Made by a program: the position numbers and the translations under genes. From contig CAVTJJ010000004.1 of NCBI GenBank assembly GCA_963735035.1, forward strand, positions 1,280,001-1,344,000: a stretch of DNA of 64,000 nt. The letters are read 5' to 3'. Below the pieces are notes generated by a model. That model did no database searches and was not told the origin of the DNA. It saw only the letters and a list, made by a program, of their open reading frames with translations. This DNA is from an uncultured candidate division Zixibacteria bacterium (lineage in GTDB: Bacteria; Zixibacteria; MSB-5A5; GN15; FEB-12). Below are positions 1 to 9,214 of the stretch, piece after piece (position 1 is the first letter of the stretch; every line of letters begins with the position of its first letter).

Positions 1-1109
1 GCACGAACAAGAGAGTCATGGTGGCCATGTCCGGGGGCGTGGATTCGTCCGTGACGGCTTTCCTTCTGAAGGAACAGGGGTACGAGATAATCGGCGCTCA
101 CATGAAGCTGTGGGATTATGTCGATGTCGGAGGCGATATCCATCGTGACGGCCGTTGCTGTGGGCTCGACTCGATCACCGACTGCCGCTTTGTCTGTGAC
201 AAGATCGGCGCGCCGTTTTTCGTGCTCAATCTGTCGGAACCGTTCAAGAAGACAGTTATCGAGAATTTCGTAGCCGAATATTCCGCCGGTCGCACACCCA
301 ACCCATGCGTGCGCTGCAACAGCGAAGTTAAATGGGATGCCTTTCTCGCCAAGGCCTATGAACTTGGATGCGGTCACATCGCCACCGGACATTACGCCAT
401 AGTTGAACGAGGTGAAAACAATCGCTGGCATATTCGCAAAGGGGTCGATGACACTCGCGACCAGTCGTACGTCCTGTGGGGTCTGAGTCAGGACGCCCTT
501 TCGCGCACTCTCATGCCGCTAGGCGGACTGCTCAAGACTGAAGTGCGCGAAATCGCCCGAAAGCACGGCCTTCGGACGGCCGAAAAGGCAGAGTCACGCG
601 AAATCTGTTTTGTAGCCGACGATGACTACCGCCGCTTCTTGCGCGAATACGCCGCCAAGCATGAGGTCAAGTTTCATCCGGGGGATATCGTCGATGATTC
701 CGGGGTGGTGCTAGGTTCGCACGATGGCACCGAGTTCTTTACGATCGGCCAGCGCAAGGGGTTGGGAGTGAGCCACCCGACGCCGTTGTACGTCCAGAAG
801 ATCGAGCCGGAGGAGGGTCGGGTGGTGGTTGGTGACGACCGCGGCGTGCTGAATCGTGAATTGGTTGCCGAGAGTGTCAACTGGGTGAGCATGCCGCCCA
901 CGAGCACTGGCACTTCATCGGAACCGGTCACATTCGCGTGTGAAGTCAAGATCAGGTACCAGCACCAGCCGGCTGCGGCCAAGGCCTCGATCCTGCCGGA
1001 CGGGGGGGTGCGGGTGACCTTCGAGTGCGATCAAAGAGCCGTCACACCGGGACAGTCAGCGGTATTGTATCAGGGTGACCGGCTGCTCGCCGGTGGCGTG
1101 ATTGCCTAG
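1..1109 (+). CDS. mnmA: tRNA-specific 2-thiouridylase MnmA (5' end probably just outside the window)
   Basis: PP-loop AMSGGVDSS, TPNPCVRCN, ATGHY, DQSY, ESREICF, FTIGQRKGL, VTPGQ motifs; reading frame is open from the window edge (TNKRVMVAMSGG). Confidence 0.97.
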   Translation, partial: TNKRVMVAMSGGVDSSVTAFLLKEQGYEIIGAHMKLWDYVDVGGDIHRDGRCCGLDSITDCRFVCDKIGAPFFVLNLSEPFKKTVIENFVAEYSAGRTPNPCVRCNSEVKWDAFLAKAYELGCGHIATGHYAIVERGENNRWHIRKGVDDTRDQSYVLWGLSQDALSRTLMPLGGLLKTEVREIARKHGLRTAEKAESREICFVADDDYRRFLREYAAKHEVKFHPGDIVDDSGVVLGSHDGTEFFTIGQRKGLGVSHPTPLYVQKIEPEEGRVVVGDDRGVLNRELVAESVNWVSMPPTSTGTSSEPVTFACEVKIRYQHQPAAAKASILPDGGVRVTFECDQRAVTPGQSAVLYQGDRLLAGGVIA

Positions 1110-1137
1110 GCGAGAGAAACCTCGCCTTCGCATTCGG

Positions 1138-1166
1138 TTGACAACGACCAACCGCGATATTAGTAT
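1138..1166 (+). promoter_or_regulatory. sigma70-type promoter
   Basis: TTGACA-N17-TAGTAT upstream of the gene at 1212, which has a GAGGAG RBS. Confidence 0.65.
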
Positions 1167-1211
1167 CCACTATAGAAAGGACCTAAGAACTCAGGCGCGA
1201 GGAGAAAGTAT

Positions 1212-1889
1212 ATGCCAAAAGCCACTTTCATGGGACATTCCTGTGTGATGTTGATCGACGGGAAACACCGCCTGATCATCGATCCGTTTCTGTCCGGCAA
1301 CGATAAGGCCGCGGCGAAACCAGAAGATATCGACGTCACCCATATCCTGGTCACGCACGGTCACGGTGATCATATCGGCGATGCCGTCGCTATCGCCAAG
1401 CGGACCGGTGCCACGATAGTCGCCAACTACGAGATCGCGATGCTGGTCGGTCGGCAGGGGGCTAACACTCATCCGCTGCATATCGGCGGCAGCGCCCGGT
1501 TCGATTTCGGCCGGATCAAGCTGACTATCGCCCATCATGGCGGGGGATACGGCCCCAATTCCGACATCTACACCGGTCCACCCGCCGGATTTCTTGTAAC
1601 CATCGGTGGCAAGACGGTCTATCACGCCGGCGATACCGGCCTGTTCTATGACATGAAGCTGATCGGCGAAATGAATAAGATCGACCTGGCGTTTCTGCCC
1701 ATCGGAGACAATTTCACTATGGGTGTCGACGATGCCGCCAAGGCGGTGGAGTTTCTCAAGCCGAAACAGGTCGTGCCCATGCACTACAACACATTCCCGA
1801 TTATTCAAGCCGATCCAAACGAGTTTGCCCGAAAAGTCACCGGCAGCAAGGTCGTGATACTCAAGCCGGGCGAGTCGGTCGAATTCTGA
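1212..1889 (+). CDS. Metal-dependent hydrolase, metallo-beta-lactamase fold (UPF0173/YtkL-like)
   Basis: GHS, IDPF, THGHGDH (HxHxDH), YHAGDT, LPIGDNFTM, PMHY motifs. Confidence 0.92.
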   Translation: MPKATFMGHSCVMLIDGKHRLIIDPFLSGNDKAAAKPEDIDVTHILVTHGHGDHIGDAVAIAKRTGATIVANYEIAMLVGRQGANTHPLHIGGSARFDFGRIKLTIAHHGGGYGPNSDIYTGPPAGFLVTIGGKTVYHAGDTGLFYDMKLIGEMNKIDLAFLPIGDNFTMGVDDAAKAVEFLKPKQVVPMHYNTFPIIQADPNEFARKVTGSKVVILKPGESVEF

Positions 1890-1951
1890 GCAAAGACAGG
1901 CCAGAGACCCGACATCCCCGCGAAGGGGCTCGTTGAAAGACTTCTCGAACG

Positions 1952-2009
1952 TTGTTACGTCAGGTCTTGCGACCCGCCGCGGCGGGGCGTGTGACCTGAC
2001 GCGTAGCAA
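1952..2009. repeat. Long imperfect inverted repeat (REP-like or terminator hairpin)
   Basis: CGTCAGGTC(1958-1966)...CCCGCC GC GGCGGG...GACCTGACG(1993-2001), with outer TTGTTACG/CGTAGCAA arms. Confidence 0.6.
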
Positions 2010-2291
2010 GATTATTGTCGAAGCTATCGATGCGAACATGGACTTCAGTCAGAACGTCAGCGACTTTGCAACCACAACTGGGCACCGGTTTTCACCGGTG
2101 TGACGGCCTCTCGGCCGTCTATCATTCTCGTGGTGAGTACTCTCATAACCGCACCTCGTCCCTCGTTTCGAATTTCGGACACTATTTGTCGGCTTCATGC
2201 CCTGTTCAAACTTGTTCTGACTCAGTCGGGAACTTTTGTTCCGTCGTGTGAGTCAAAGTCTTAGCTATTAGTCTATTGGAAGTGGGTCGAT

Positions 2292-5102
2292 ATGAAGAAG
2301 TTTTCGAAGATACTGCTCTGGATAGTCGGCGTCATAGTGGCGCTGTTCATACTGCTCGTCGTGGCCGTGAAGCTCTTTCTCCCCGCCGACAAGATCAAGG
2401 CGATGGCGATTGAGAAAGGCTCCAAGGCTATCGGTCGCGAAATCCAGGTCGCCGGTCTCGATATCTCTGTCTGGGGCGGTTTGGGGGTCGAACTCCAACA
2501 AGTACAGGTCGGAAATCCGACCGGATTTGACGCCACGCCCTTTCTGACGGCCGACAAAATCGATTTGAAACTGCAGTTGCTCCCGCTGATTACAGGTGAT
2601 GTCAAATTCGACCGTCTGGTCATCGACAAGCCCACTGTCCACATGGTGAAAACCGCGACCGGTGCTGTCAACTATACCTTCAAGACCGCCGACACGCTTA
2701 AGCTACCGGAAGATGTCAAAGCCATTCCGCCGGAGGGTCAGACCGCCGCCATGGCCATTTCATTCGGCGAACTGGAGATCAAGGACGCTCTCGTAACGTA
2801 TCGCGACGATAGCAGTAAAGTGTCGCTCGATGCCACCGGGCTCGACCTGGTCTCGTCGCTGGAGTATCCGCGCACGGGAGTTTATCTGAGTTCCGGGCGG
2901 CTTCGGGTCGACACGGTGCTTCTGGCCATGGAGAAACCGTACCCGCCGCTGGCCCTGGACATGAGTTATCGCGCATCGTACGAACTGCCGACCCACACCC
3001 TGGCAATTGAGAGTGTCACGGCCAATATCAATGCCATGCGTCTGAAGCTGTCCGGCCAGTTGTCCGGTTTGCCTGAAATGAAGTCGGCCAGCCTGAATGT
3101 ATCCTCGGATCAGATCGCCATTACCGATGTACTCTCGCTCTTGTCGCCGGAGCAGCGCGCCAAACTGTCCGACTACACGATTGCTGGCAATTTCCTGGTC
3201 GACGTTGATCTGTCACTGGACACAACCAAAGTGAAACCAACCTGGCTGTACTCAGGTAATCTGGCGTTGACTGACATCAAGATGACCGGGAAGAAGTTCC
3301 CCGGCGAACTGGCGTTCCGTCGCTGTATGCTCGACATCAAACCGAACCAACTTCGCCTGAATATCGAGGACGGTAGTTTCGATCAGCAACCGCTCAAAGG
3401 ATATCTGACAGTCGAAGATTTCGCTGCCCCGCGCATTTCCGGTGAGTTGGCGGGCGGGCTCGATCTGGCAGTCATTTCACCGTTCCTGCCGTCGGGCAAG
3501 TCCCAGGAACTTTCCGGACGCAGCAATTTCAACCTGAAGTTCTCCGGGCCGGTGAAGAAACTCGACAGCCTGGACTTCTCGGGTGACCTGAAAGTAACTG
3601 GAGGCAAGTACAGCTCGACCGTTGTCCCTGAGCCGATTGAAGAATTCAATCTCGATGCCTACTTCGACCGTCGCGTGGTCAACATTCGTAACCTCGATTG
3701 CCGGTTCCCGTCAGGTTCACTTACCATCAAAGGCCGCGTTTCCGATTTGATGCCTTATCTACTGGCCGATTCGGCTTCCCCTGTGAAAGTGACCCCGGCG
3801 GTCGACGCCGATATCAAGGGGACGGTCGATCTGGCTATGGTAAAACGGTATCTCCCTCCCAAGGGGAATCCTCAGGTCTCAGGGCAGTTGGTCCTGGATG
3901 TTAACGCCATGGGCAATCTCAACGACTTGACCAGTTTCCGTCCCCGTGGTCAGGTGGACATCCGCAACGCCAAGTATAACGACTCTCTGCTGCCGGAACC
4001 GATCCAGCGGTTTGAAGCGCAACTGCTTCTCAAACCCGATACGATCGACATCCGCAAGTTCGAAGCTCAGTTCACTACCAGCGATGTAGCCCTTACCGGG
4101 CAGTTGACCAGACCGTTCCCATATTTTCTGCCGGTGCTGGGAGTGAATCGAGACAGTCTGCCCAAACCGCTGCTGGTGTTCGAGCTGACCTCGCATCGTT
4201 TCGACACCGACAAGCTGTTTCCTGAAGCTGTGCCGGGAGCGGGTGAAGCCGGGATGACTATCTCGGCCGATTCCGTATCGCCAATGATACTTCCGGACAT
4301 CGAAGGACGGGGCACAGCCAAAGCCGATACGGTTATCTACTGCAAGGTGGATTTGAACCAGGTTACGGGCAAGATCCGCATCAAGGATCGCAAGATCGAA
4401 TATTATGACGCCACCGCTAAAGTCTACACCGGTTCGGTTACGGGCAGCACGACCATTGACCTGTCCGATTTCGAGCATCCCAAGTACGTTGGTGAATTTG
4501 CCGCCACTCAGGTTGAGGCGAATGATTTTGTGTCGCGCTTCTCAAAGTTCGGTGGGTTCATATTCGGAAAGACCGATTTTACCGGCACCTACAATGCCGC
4601 CGGCTGGGAACCGCAGGACTTCCTGAAATCGCTGACTCTCGACGGCAAAGCCAATGTACACGACGGCCGTCTGGTGACTTCCGGTTCGATTCTGTCATCG
4701 TTCAACGATCTGGCCTCGAAACTCGGCAAGTCGTTCGACAAGGAGCAGACTATAAGAAGCCTCGTATCCAAAGTAGTCGTCCGCAACGGGCGGGTCGGAA
4801 TCGACAGCCTGATGACCTCGCTGGGACAACTCGGCGACATGGGGTTGGGGGGTTCATACGGATTCGACGGCACCCTGGACTATTCGGGCTCGCTCAAGAC
4901 CAGTGTCACAGCCACCGATCAGCTTGGCGGTTTGGGCAAGCTCCTGGGCGGCGGACAGGGCGATGCCAAGCGGGTCAATCTGCCGTTCAAGGTAACCGGA
5001 ACGATTACGGCGCCAAAATTGACTTTCGACTACGGTGCTTTGAGCAAGCAAGCCGGGGAGAGTCTCCTAAATCAGGCCGTAGATCGACTTAAGAAGAAGT
5101 AG
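2292..5102 (+). CDS. AsmA-family (repeating beta-groove) inner-membrane-anchored lipid-transfer protein
   Basis: N-terminal TM anchor followed by an AsmA-like N-terminus (GREIQVAGLDISVW...LQLLPLITG), internal beta-rich repeats (PEPIEEF/PEPIQRF), AsmA_2-like C-terminus (LPFKVTGTITAPK). Confidence 0.85.
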   Translation: MKKFSKILLWIVGVIVALFILLVVAVKLFLPADKIKAMAIEKGSKAIGREIQVAGLDISVWGGLGVELQQVQVGNPTGFDATPFLTADKIDLKLQLLPLITGDVKFDRLVIDKPTVHMVKTATGAVNYTFKTADTLKLPEDVKAIPPEGQTAAMAISFGELEIKDALVTYRDDSSKVSLDATGLDLVSSLEYPRTGVYLSSGRLRVDTVLLAMEKPYPPLALDMSYRASYELPTHTLAIESVTANINAMRLKLSGQLSGLPEMKSASLNVSSDQIAITDVLSLLSPEQRAKLSDYTIAGNFLVDVDLSLDTTKVKPTWLYSGNLALTDIKMTGKKFPGELAFRRCMLDIKPNQLRLNIEDGSFDQQPLKGYLTVEDFAAPRISGELAGGLDLAVISPFLPSGKSQELSGRSNFNLKFSGPVKKLDSLDFSGDLKVTGGKYSSTVVPEPIEEFNLDAYFDRRVVNIRNLDCRFPSGSLTIKGRVSDLMPYLLADSASPVKVTPAVDADIKGTVDLAMVKRYLPPKGNPQVSGQLVLDVNAMGNLNDLTSFRPRGQVDIRNAKYNDSLLPEPIQRFEAQLLLKPDTIDIRKFEAQFTTSDVALTGQLTRPFPYFLPVLGVNRDSLPKPLLVFELTSHRFDTDKLFPEAVPGAGEAGMTISADSVSPMILPDIEGRGTAKADTVIYCKVDLNQVTGKIRIKDRKIEYYDATAKVYTGSVTGSTTIDLSDFEHPKYVGEFAATQVEANDFVSRFSKFGGFIFGKTDFTGTYNAAGWEPQDFLKSLTLDGKANVHDGRLVTSGSILSSFNDLASKLGKSFDKEQTIRSLVSKVVVRNGRVGIDSLMTSLGQLGDMGLGGSYGFDGTLDYSGSLKTSVTATDQLGGLGKLLGGGQGDAKRVNLPFKVTGTITAPKLTFDYGALSKQAGESLLNQAVDRLKKK

Positions 5103-5155
5103 TAGTTGCCGAAATCGAGCTACTTCATAAGCCCGATTTCTAGTTTTCGAAAAGA

Positions 5156-5200
5156 GTCCCCGACTGCGTAATTCGCGCGGTTGCGGGACTCAATCTTTTC
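5156..5200 (+). terminator. Probable intrinsic terminator after the AsmA gene
   Basis: AGTCCC-CGACTGCG...CGCGGTTG-GGGACT stem followed by CAATCTTTT. Confidence 0.5.
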
Positions 5201-5216
5201 CCGTAACAACCGATAA
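5190..5216 (+). promoter_or_regulatory. sigma28 (FliA/WhiG)-like promoter
   Basis: TCAA-N15-ACCGATAA upstream of the PAS/kinase-like gene. Confidence 0.5.
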
Positions 5217-5326
5217 CATAATGAGTAACCGGCCTTGGTACTGACCTACCGGGAGTTGCAGTTTGACCGTGATCATACGGATGACTGAAGGATCAGTGTG
5301 CCAGGCTAAGCCCCAAGTAGTGTGTT

Positions 5327-7162
5327 ATGGTTGTTGCACCGATTGATCAGGCTGTCAGCGTCAAGCGATGCGGTCTCTGCAAAATAGATCGCAAGGGTCG
5401 ATTTATTCTTGCTAATTTGGAAGCCCAGCGGCTTTTCGGTTTGAGCGAAGTCGAGTTGTTCGGGCGACCGTTCGTGGATTTCCTCCAAACCTCCGACCGT
5501 CCTGTTTATCAGCAGCTCATCAAGAATCGCAGTCCGTATGACACCGGGTATGACTCGGCCGGGATAACTATTGTTGGAGCCGGGGGGCAGACCCAACCGG
5601 TGACGATGGTGGTGTCCGTGAATTTCGGCGGCGGCAATCCCTCCAACTATCAAATCATCTTGCGGCCCGACGATCTCCCCGTGGTCGAAGAAAAATCAGA
5701 ATCCGAAAGCGGATTGTGGGAAACGCTCATTCGCCTGCTCGTGATGGAGTTCGATCAACCCGACCTCAAGAAGCTCGTCGATCTTCTGAAGGACATCACC
5801 GACGCTCACGGTGTGGGGATCTTCGATCTTAATGACGAACACCATCGTTGCCTTGCCCTGACAGAAGAAGTCTTGAAAGATTCGGCCGATCTGGACAATG
5901 TCTGGAAAGAGGATGGCGACGCTGAATCCACGCCGAACGAGGTTCGCGCCACTTTCCGTCTTGGCTCAGAGCATACCGGCCTGGTGCGTTTCAATCTTGG
6001 ACATTCCGACTCGGCCGAAAACGACGCGCGCATACGCTGGCGCTCCGAGTTGGCCGCTTCCCTGATTCACGCTGTCCGCTCGCCCCATGAAATCGAACCG
6101 GTTCCGGTGGAACGGCCCTCGGTCTATCCGTCACAGGTTCTCGACCAGCTTCGGATAGGTTTCGTGGCATTCGATCATGACAGCAAAGTGACCCAGCATA
6201 ATCATACGTTCGAGACCTTCTTCGCCCCGCAGAATGAAGTTGTCTCGGTCGGTCAGTTGATTGAGTTGATCGGCGCCTCCTGCGGCGAGTCGGCGTCTTC
6301 CGCCATTGCCGGCTATATTGCGGTTCTGGCCGGATGCGATTGCCTGCCCGGATTCAAAGCTACTTATGAAACGACTGACGGCCACTCGTTGAGTATAGAG
6401 ATACTACCCCTCGAAACCGTTACCGAACCAACCTCGCATTGCTTCCTATTCTACGAAAGCGGAAGTGTCCTGGCCGGTCCGAGCGCTTTCCCGGGCGTGT
6501 CGTCTCAGGTGGGTTTGACGGCTATAGACTTGCTGAAGTCGACCATGAACGCGACAGAGTCGGTCTGGCAGAAGCTGGAACATGAGCATCACGACCGACT
6601 TGATCGTGACGGCGGTTTCTATCTCGGTTGCCTCAATCACCATCTGGAGACCATGTCCGACACAATCCGCGATTTTGAGAAGATGCTTCGGTTAATCGGG
6701 GACGGCGAAGAGCCGCAAATTGTTGATTTGGGATTGGTGGTGACTCGTCTCGGAGACACGCTTCTGGCGGAACATCCGGGAGCCCGCCTGGCGGTCCGGC
6801 AGAGCGATCTCCCCAAAGTAACCGCGCCGCTGCGGAAGCTGACTGCCGTATTGCACGACGTCCTCACTCTGGCCGTACAGGCGTATTCCGATCGGGCAGT
6901 CGAGGCGACTGTGACGGCCTCAGTCGAGAACGGCAGTTGCGTAATCTGGGTGCGGGACAACGGCCCCGGCCTGTCCTCGCGCCAGAAAAAGACTCTTTTC
7001 ACGCTCCGTCGAAGTTTCTCCAAAGACAAGTCGGGCAAGCCGGGCGGGCTGAGTGTGGGTGTGGCCGTGGCGCGGGAAATTATGGCCTCGATCAACGGAT
7101 CCCTCGAACTGGACTCCCGACCGGGCAAAGGGACAATCGTCAAGATTGTCTTCCCGACTTGA
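5327..7162 (+). CDS. PAS-domain sensor histidine kinase-like protein with degenerate H and N boxes
   Basis: N-terminal PAS (IDRKGRFILANLEAQRLFG), second PAS-like region, HATPase G1 box VRDNGPGL and C-terminal SRPGKGTIVKIVFP. Confidence 0.8.
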   Translation: MVVAPIDQAVSVKRCGLCKIDRKGRFILANLEAQRLFGLSEVELFGRPFVDFLQTSDRPVYQQLIKNRSPYDTGYDSAGITIVGAGGQTQPVTMVVSVNFGGGNPSNYQIILRPDDLPVVEEKSESESGLWETLIRLLVMEFDQPDLKKLVDLLKDITDAHGVGIFDLNDEHHRCLALTEEVLKDSADLDNVWKEDGDAESTPNEVRATFRLGSEHTGLVRFNLGHSDSAENDARIRWRSELAASLIHAVRSPHEIEPVPVERPSVYPSQVLDQLRIGFVAFDHDSKVTQHNHTFETFFAPQNEVVSVGQLIELIGASCGESASSAIAGYIAVLAGCDCLPGFKATYETTDGHSLSIEILPLETVTEPTSHCFLFYESGSVLAGPSAFPGVSSQVGLTAIDLLKSTMNATESVWQKLEHEHHDRLDRDGGFYLGCLNHHLETMSDTIRDFEKMLRLIGDGEEPQIVDLGLVVTRLGDTLLAEHPGARLAVRQSDLPKVTAPLRKLTAVLHDVLTLAVQAYSDRAVEATVTASVENGSCVIWVRDNGPGLSSRQKKTLFTLRRSFSKDKSGKPGGLSVGVAVAREIMASINGSLELDSRPGKGTIVKIVFPT

Positions 7163-7335
7163 TCGATAGAGTACGAAGAAACCCGATTCCCGACGTCTCT
7201 GCGAAATATCATCCTAATATTGGTCCGATCATCGGACCCTCAGGGGAAGAAGCGTTGTTGCCGTGAACCGCTTGGCGTTCTTCACGTTCACCAACGTGAA
7301 CAACGAGGTTTCGGTCAGCTATTTCAGTTTAGCGG

Positions 7336-7363
7336 TTGACAAACGGTCTCAAGCCTCTATTTT
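7336..7363 (+). promoter_or_regulatory. sigma70-type promoter of yicC-gmk-rpoZ-topA
   Basis: TTGACA-N16-TATTTT; the ORF caller's TTG start at 7336 is the -35 box. Confidence 0.5.
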
Positions 7364-7392
7364 GCGCCCTTGTCTTTGTAGACGGGTGGATT

Positions 7393-8268
7393 ATGAATTC
7401 AATGACCGGCTTCGGTCGCGCCGAAATCGACAGCAAGTTCGGAAAGTTTACCGTCGAGCTGTCCAGCATCAATAGTCGTTTTCTCGAGGTTGTGGTGCGC
7501 CTGCCCCGTCCGTTCGGGGCGCTCGAACCACAAGCGCGGGAATTGCTTAATGCGGAAGTGGGGCGCGGCAAGGTAAGTCTCTTCGTTAATCTTGCAGACA
7601 ACGGCGGGGCCGCCGGACATCCCCTCATTAATAGGGAGCTGGCGAAGGAATACTGTCGCGAACTGACCAAGCTCAAGAAAGACCTTAAGCTCGAAGGCGA
7701 ACTGACCGTCAGTGATCTACTTACGCTTCCCGACATAACTCGTCCCACTGCCGTTGATCCCGATCAGGAACAAGCCTGGCCAATAATAAAGGGCGGCGTC
7801 TCTAAAGCACTGAAGGCGATGCAGGCCATGCGGGCGCGCGAAGGCAAGAACCTGTCTGTCGACATGCGCGAGCGGCTCAAGACCATGTCCGGGTTGATGG
7901 ATCAAATTGAAAAGGAAACGACCGGGGCCGTTGAGAAATACGCCAAGAAACTAGCGGTGCGGATAAACGAACTTCTGGGCAGTCAGAGCATTGACCGGGC
8001 CCGGCTCGAAGAAGAAATCGCCGTCTTTGCCGACCGTACCGATATCGCCGAAGAGTGCCTGCGGTTTCGTAGTCATATCAGTCAGTTCCAACAGACGTTG
8101 CGCCAGACCGACGCGGTCGGCCGCCGTCTGAATTTCATCCTCCAGGAAATGAATCGCGAAGTCAACACGATCGGCTCCAAGGCCTCCGATTTTGACATCT
8201 CCGCGAAAGTGATTTCCCTCAAAGAGGAAATAGAAAAACTTCGCGAGCAAGCTCAAAACGTGGAGTAG
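7393..8268 (+). CDS. yicC: YicC/YloC family endoribonuclease
   Basis: MNSMTGFGR start, SINSRFLE, RGKV, GRRLNFILQEMNREVNTIGSK, EQAQNVE end; upstream of gmk. Confidence 0.95.
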   Translation: MNSMTGFGRAEIDSKFGKFTVELSSINSRFLEVVVRLPRPFGALEPQARELLNAEVGRGKVSLFVNLADNGGAAGHPLINRELAKEYCRELTKLKKDLKLEGELTVSDLLTLPDITRPTAVDPDQEQAWPIIKGGVSKALKAMQAMRAREGKNLSVDMRERLKTMSGLMDQIEKETTGAVEKYAKKLAVRINELLGSQSIDRARLEEEIAVFADRTDIAEECLRFRSHISQFQQTLRQTDAVGRRLNFILQEMNREVNTIGSKASDFDISAKVISLKEEIEKLREQAQNVE

Positions 8269-8282
8269 GCTTCCTGGAGCGA

Positions 8283-8915
8283 ATGGTGCGATCAAAAGAA
8301 CTGGGCAAAATAGTCATTATATCTTCACCTTCCGGCGGCGGGAAAACGTCGATTTGCCGACGTTTGCTCTCACCGTCGCGTCGGCGCCAGGGTTGGACTT
8401 TTTCCGTTTCATATACGACCCGCTCCAAGCGCCGAGGCGAACGTGACGGCCGGGAATATTTCTTCGTGACCGAAGAGCATTTCGGGCAACTGGCGAAGCA
8501 GGACTTTTTTGCCGAACAATTCAAAGTGCATCTTTATCGTTACGGCACCCCTCGTCGGCCGATAGATGCTGTGCGTCGGCGCGGTGGTGTGATGCTTTTC
8601 GACGTTGACGTCAAGGGAGCCGGTAAACTCAAAGCGGAATATCCCGATGCTATTTCGATTTTTGTTCTTCCGCCCTCCCAGGTCGAATTGCGCCGTCGAT
8701 TGAGGCAGAGAGGTACCGAGACTAAAGAACAACTCAAAATAAGACTACGTAATGCGCTGCACGAGTTGCAGTCTTTCCGCAAGTTTGGATTCGACTATGT
8801 CGTTATCAACAAAGAGCTTGACCGAGCCGTGCGGGAAGTTCTTCATATTGTGGAGTCACACGGAAACCGGATTGAACAGTTTGATCCGGAACAATTAAGG
8901 CGCATAACAGGTTAG
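8283..8915 (+). CDS. gmk: Guanylate kinase
   Basis: P-loop SPSGGGKTS, SYTTRSKRRGERDGREYFF, YGTP, RGTE. Confidence 0.96.
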   Translation: MVRSKELGKIVIISSPSGGGKTSICRRLLSPSRRRQGWTFSVSYTTRSKRRGERDGREYFFVTEEHFGQLAKQDFFAEQFKVHLYRYGTPRRPIDAVRRRGGVMLFDVDVKGAGKLKAEYPDAISIFVLPPSQVELRRRLRQRGTETKEQLKIRLRNALHELQSFRKFGFDYVVINKELDRAVREVLHIVESHGNRIEQFDPEQLRRITG

Positions 8916-8944
8916 GCCAGCATAACCAATGGAGAACCGAAGAC

Positions 8945-9181
8945 ATGATTATTAACTACAGCTACAATGACAAGATCGAGACGGTTACTGAGAATCGTTA
9001 CGAGATGGTGCTCGTAGCTTCCAAGCACGCTCGTCACCTCAATTCCAAGCGCTTAGCCAAACTGGCGCGCCTTCAGGAAGGCTCGACCGAAGTCGATATC
9101 GAAGCGCGGAAAATGACCATGGTGGCGTTGAAAGAAGTAATTGAAGGTAAAGTAAACTTCAAGCGAACCGATAGGGAATAG
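8945..9181 (+). CDS. rpoZ: RNA polymerase omega subunit
   Basis: NRYEMVLVASKHAR and K...ALKEVIEGK motifs; follows gmk. Confidence 0.9.
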   Translation: MIINYSYNDKIETVTENRYEMVLVASKHARHLNSKRLAKLARLQEGSTEVDIEARKMTMVALKEVIEGKVNFKRTDRE

Positions 9182-9214
9182 CAACATCATAAGCCGATCG
9201 CATAGGAAAGTCCG

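Noticed and set aside
1191..2039. Long antisense ORFs (for example 1191-2039, 10613-11455, 14732-15673, 41641-42606)
   Set aside because: Shadows of well-supported + strand genes in GC-rich DNA, with no recognisable motifs
7277..7304. Hairpin CGTT-C-TTCACGTT-CACC-AACGTGAA-C-AACG as an ncRNA
   Set aside because: A single short stem between a gene end and a promoter; most simply a terminator or operator, with nothing further to support an RNA gene
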